A stretch of 19,814 bases of DNA from Nitrospinaceae bacterium (GTDB taxonomy: Bacteria > Nitrospinota > Nitrospinia > Nitrospinales > VA-1), in contig JBHHVU010000058.1 in the NCBI GenBank assembly GCA_046754465.1, positions 1-19,814 on the forward strand, given 5' to 3'. Below, piece after piece: positions 17,554-19,814 of the stretch; within the stretch, counting starts at the first letter, position 1, and the number at the start of each line of letters is the position of its first letter. The notes beneath the pieces were generated by a model. It ran no database searches and had not been told where the DNA came from. It saw only the letters and a program-made list of their open reading frames with translations. The translations under genes were made by a program, and so were the position numbers.

Positions 17554-18957
17554 TCATCCGGCGCTCATCCACTTTTCGATTTCCGCGACGGTCTTAGGAA
17601 CTTTGCGGGACATGTTTTTGCACCCCGTTTCAGTGATCAACAGATTGTCCTCGATCCGGATCCCGATCTTCTCATCGTACAGCCTCCCATTCAAACGGAT
17701 ACGGAATTCCCCGTAAAGCCCGGGCTCGTTGCTGATCAACCAGCCCGGTTTCAACGGCTCACTGGAATAATTCCTAAAGGGGTCTCCATCATGTTCCTGC
17801 TCCCCCATAAGGTGGCTGACGCCGTGGGGCCGGTCTTCATACTTCAATTTGTACTTGCCGCCGGCCTTGCGGAACACCTTTTCCAGGCCCGCGTTGACCG
17901 TCCCCCAGCAGCATTCATTCAGCGCATCGATGGTGACACCCATTTTAGCTGATTTTTGGACCGCGAGTTGCGCCTGCAACACAATCTCGTAAAGCATTTT
18001 TTGCAAAGGATTGAACCGTCCAGAGGCGGGAAGGGTCCGGGAAACATCCGCGTGCATGGTCATCCAGCGAACCCCAAAATCCAGGAGAACCAGTTCCCCG
18101 CGGGTAAAATCGTCATCGTTTTTCATATAATGAAGAATCGTCGCGTTGGAACCCGAGGCCACGATCGAGGGAAAACTGAGTCCGTAGGGTGAATGCATCA
18201 ACATCTGTCCTTCCAGAAATCCCTGGACCTGGAACTCGTTCCGGAAACCACGGAAATTTCGCAAAGTCGAGATAAAAGCCTTGGCCGTGATATCGTTGGC
18301 CTTTTGGGTATTCGCGATGTCGTACTGATCCAGAGGAAGCCTCAGGTCGAAGTGATTTTTCATGATATTGAACAATCCGCCCCTGGGCGCGTTCCAGGAC
18401 CGCAGCCAACTCGTCAGTTTTTTTCTGAAAGCCCCATTATGATCGGTGGTAATCGACGTTTTTCTACCATTCCTGATCCCTTCCATCCACAAGGTCCCGA
18501 TCTCTTTCTTCTCCTGCCGGAACCACCGATCTCTCAAAACCTTTTTGATATCCCGGATATCGCGGACGTCGCGGATGCCGGTGACTTGCTGAACCGCCTT
18601 GCAACTTTTCTCATCCCCCACGCCAAACCGAATTCCGTTCCAGAACTCATGCGTCAAATCTTTTTTGGCCACAAAAAGGATTTCATCCGATTCCTTGGAA
18701 TGCGGATCCAGAAGTAAAATTACGTTTGACTGGTTGATCCCGGTCAAGTACATGATCGCGGGCTCCTGGTAGGTGGGACAAAAGGCGTAGGACCAGACGG
18801 TTTCCTCCCCGGGCCCATACGGCACGCCGGCAATGACCATCAACTTGTTTTCCTTTTTCATCAGTTGAAGGCGCCGTTGGCGAAACCGGCGCTTGGCGAA
18901 TTTCCCCGCGCCCCCATCCCGGAAAATTCCTGAATAAATTTTCTTTTTGGTTTTCAT
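17554..18957 (-). CDS. pepP: M24B metallopeptidase, Xaa-Pro aminopeptidase (aminopeptidase P)-like
   Basis: AMP_N-like YQEPAIMYLTG; IVASGSNATILHY; metal-ligand motifs LLDFG, ADVSRT, HGVSH..G...HD, NEPGLY, GIRIED. Start uncertain (ATG 18957). Confidence 0.88.
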   Translation of the reverse strand: MKTKKKIYSGIFRDGGAGKFAKRRFRQRRLQLMKKENKLMVIAGVPYGPGEETVWSYAFCPTYQEPAIMYLTGINQSNVILLLDPHSKESDEILFVAKKDLTHEFWNGIRFGVGDEKSCKAVQQVTGIRDVRDIRDIKKVLRDRWFRQEKKEIGTLWMEGIRNGRKTSITTDHNGAFRKKLTSWLRSWNAPRGGLFNIMKNHFDLRLPLDQYDIANTQKANDITAKAFISTLRNFRGFRNEFQVQGFLEGQMLMHSPYGLSFPSIVASGSNATILHYMKNDDDFTRGELVLLDFGVRWMTMHADVSRTLPASGRFNPLQKMLYEIVLQAQLAVQKSAKMGVTIDALNECCWGTVNAGLEKVFRKAGGKYKLKYEDRPHGVSHLMGEQEHDGDPFRNYSSEPLKPGWLISNEPGLYGEFRIRLNGRLYDEKIGIRIEDNLLITETGCKNMSRKVPKTVAEIEKWMSAG

Positions 18958-19027
18958 GATCGGAAAAACCACCTCGCATAAGGGGAATTCAATAACCAAG
19001 GCCCCGAATTCCGTCCGCGAAAAAATC

Positions 19028-19056
19028 AGGACATGTCCGCGTCAATATCCTATAAT
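19028..19056 (+). promoter_or_regulatory. Putative sigma70 promoter of the SRAP gene with an overlapping palindrome
   Basis: AGGACA-N17-TATAAT; perfect palindrome GGACATGTCC at 19029-19038. Confidence 0.45.
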
Positions 19057-19121
19057 TTATCCATCCTACCTGTTTCGACTGGCTATTCCAACAATGCGGG
19101 TTCAATTTCTCGGGAAATGTC

Positions 19122-19796
19122 ATGTGCGGACGATACACCCTGACCAAACCCTCCAAAACCATCCAATCCCATTTCGCCCCCGTCCGGGTCAGGATGGAGA
19201 TTAAGGAACGTTATAACATCGCCCCCAGCCAGGAATTGCCGGCCGTAGTTTTTCAGGAAGGCCACCGGGAACTGCTCCCCATGCGTTGGGGATTGATCCC
19301 CCCCTGGGCCCGGGAGGGCAAGACCGTTTCGGCATTCATCAACGCCAAGGCCGAGACCCTCCATGAAAAACCCAGCTTCAAAAACTCATTCAGGGAAAAG
19401 AGATGCCTGGTGCCAGCGGATGGCTTCATGGAGTGGGGAAAAACCCCGGCCGGGAAAACTCCCTATTATCTATTTTTGAAATCCCACGAATTGTTCGCCT
19501 TCGCGGGCATCTGGTCTATGTGGAAGGAAGGAGGGACCCCGCGGCTCACCTATTCCATCATCACCACCCAACCCAACTCCCTGGTCCAATCCATCCACCA
19601 TAGAATGCCGGTGATTCTCGCCCCGAGGGATTACGGCACCTGGCTGAACCCCGAATCCAAACAGGACGTTCTCCGGTCCCTGCTGGTTCCCTTTCCTTCG
19701 GACTCAATGGATATGTATGAAATCTCCAAGGAGATCAATTCCCCGAAAAATGACCGGGCCGAATGCCTCCGTCCGCTTTCTTCCGGGACCCGTTGA
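19122..19796 (+). CDS. SOS response-associated peptidase (SRAP, YedK/HMCES family; abasic-site protection)
   Basis: N-terminal MCGRY, RYNIAPSQ, MRWGLIP, INAKAET, RCLVPADGFMEW, FAFAGIW, IHHRMPVIL. Confidence 0.96.
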   Translation: MCGRYTLTKPSKTIQSHFAPVRVRMEIKERYNIAPSQELPAVVFQEGHRELLPMRWGLIPPWAREGKTVSAFINAKAETLHEKPSFKNSFREKRCLVPADGFMEWGKTPAGKTPYYLFLKSHELFAFAGIWSMWKEGGTPRLTYSIITTQPNSLVQSIHHRMPVILAPRDYGTWLNPESKQDVLRSLLVPFPSDSMDMYEISKEINSPKNDRAECLRPLSSGTR

Positions 19797-19814
19797 GTCA
19801 TGATGCTTTACCCG

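Noticed and set aside
17554..19796. Idea that the M24 peptidase matures the SRAP N-terminal Cys
   Set aside because: It is an M24B aminopeptidase P-like protein with an N-terminal domain, not a methionine aminopeptidase; adjacency alone is not evidence.
1..19814. Window-wide redox/stress island, or any CRISPR, mobile element or defence system
   Set aside because: The stress-related genes are dispersed among housekeeping genes in different orientations; I saw no repeat-spacer array, integrase, transposase or tRNA.

Overview
This is a gene-dense bacterial chromosomal window with about 20 CDS. I see no rRNA, tRNA, CRISPR array, transposase or phage gene. Gene content and style suggest a Nitrospinota- or deltaproteobacterial-like organism (inference only). 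In order it holds: a 4-TM heme-copper-oxidase-unit-like protein fused to two DUF1858-like domains; a GT2 glycosyltransferase; a secreted tandem-SH3 protein; a complete trehalose/maltose-type ABC importer divergent from an aldehyde dehydrogenase; a 68-aa Cys/Met-rich protein leading a CusR/CusS-like two-component pair; a small membrane protein; an SDR; gatB coupled to DUF1566 and TPR exported proteins; a secreted hypothetical plus bcp; an M24B aminopeptidase; and an SRAP/YedK protein. Most of the window is ordinary. The best candidates for something uncharacterised are (i) the small Cys-substituted ferritin-like hairpin plus two-component operon behind a promoter overlapped by a Fur/PerR-like box, and (ii) the single-unit HCO-like/tandem DUF1858 fusion. 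All family calls come from motif recognition, not database searches.
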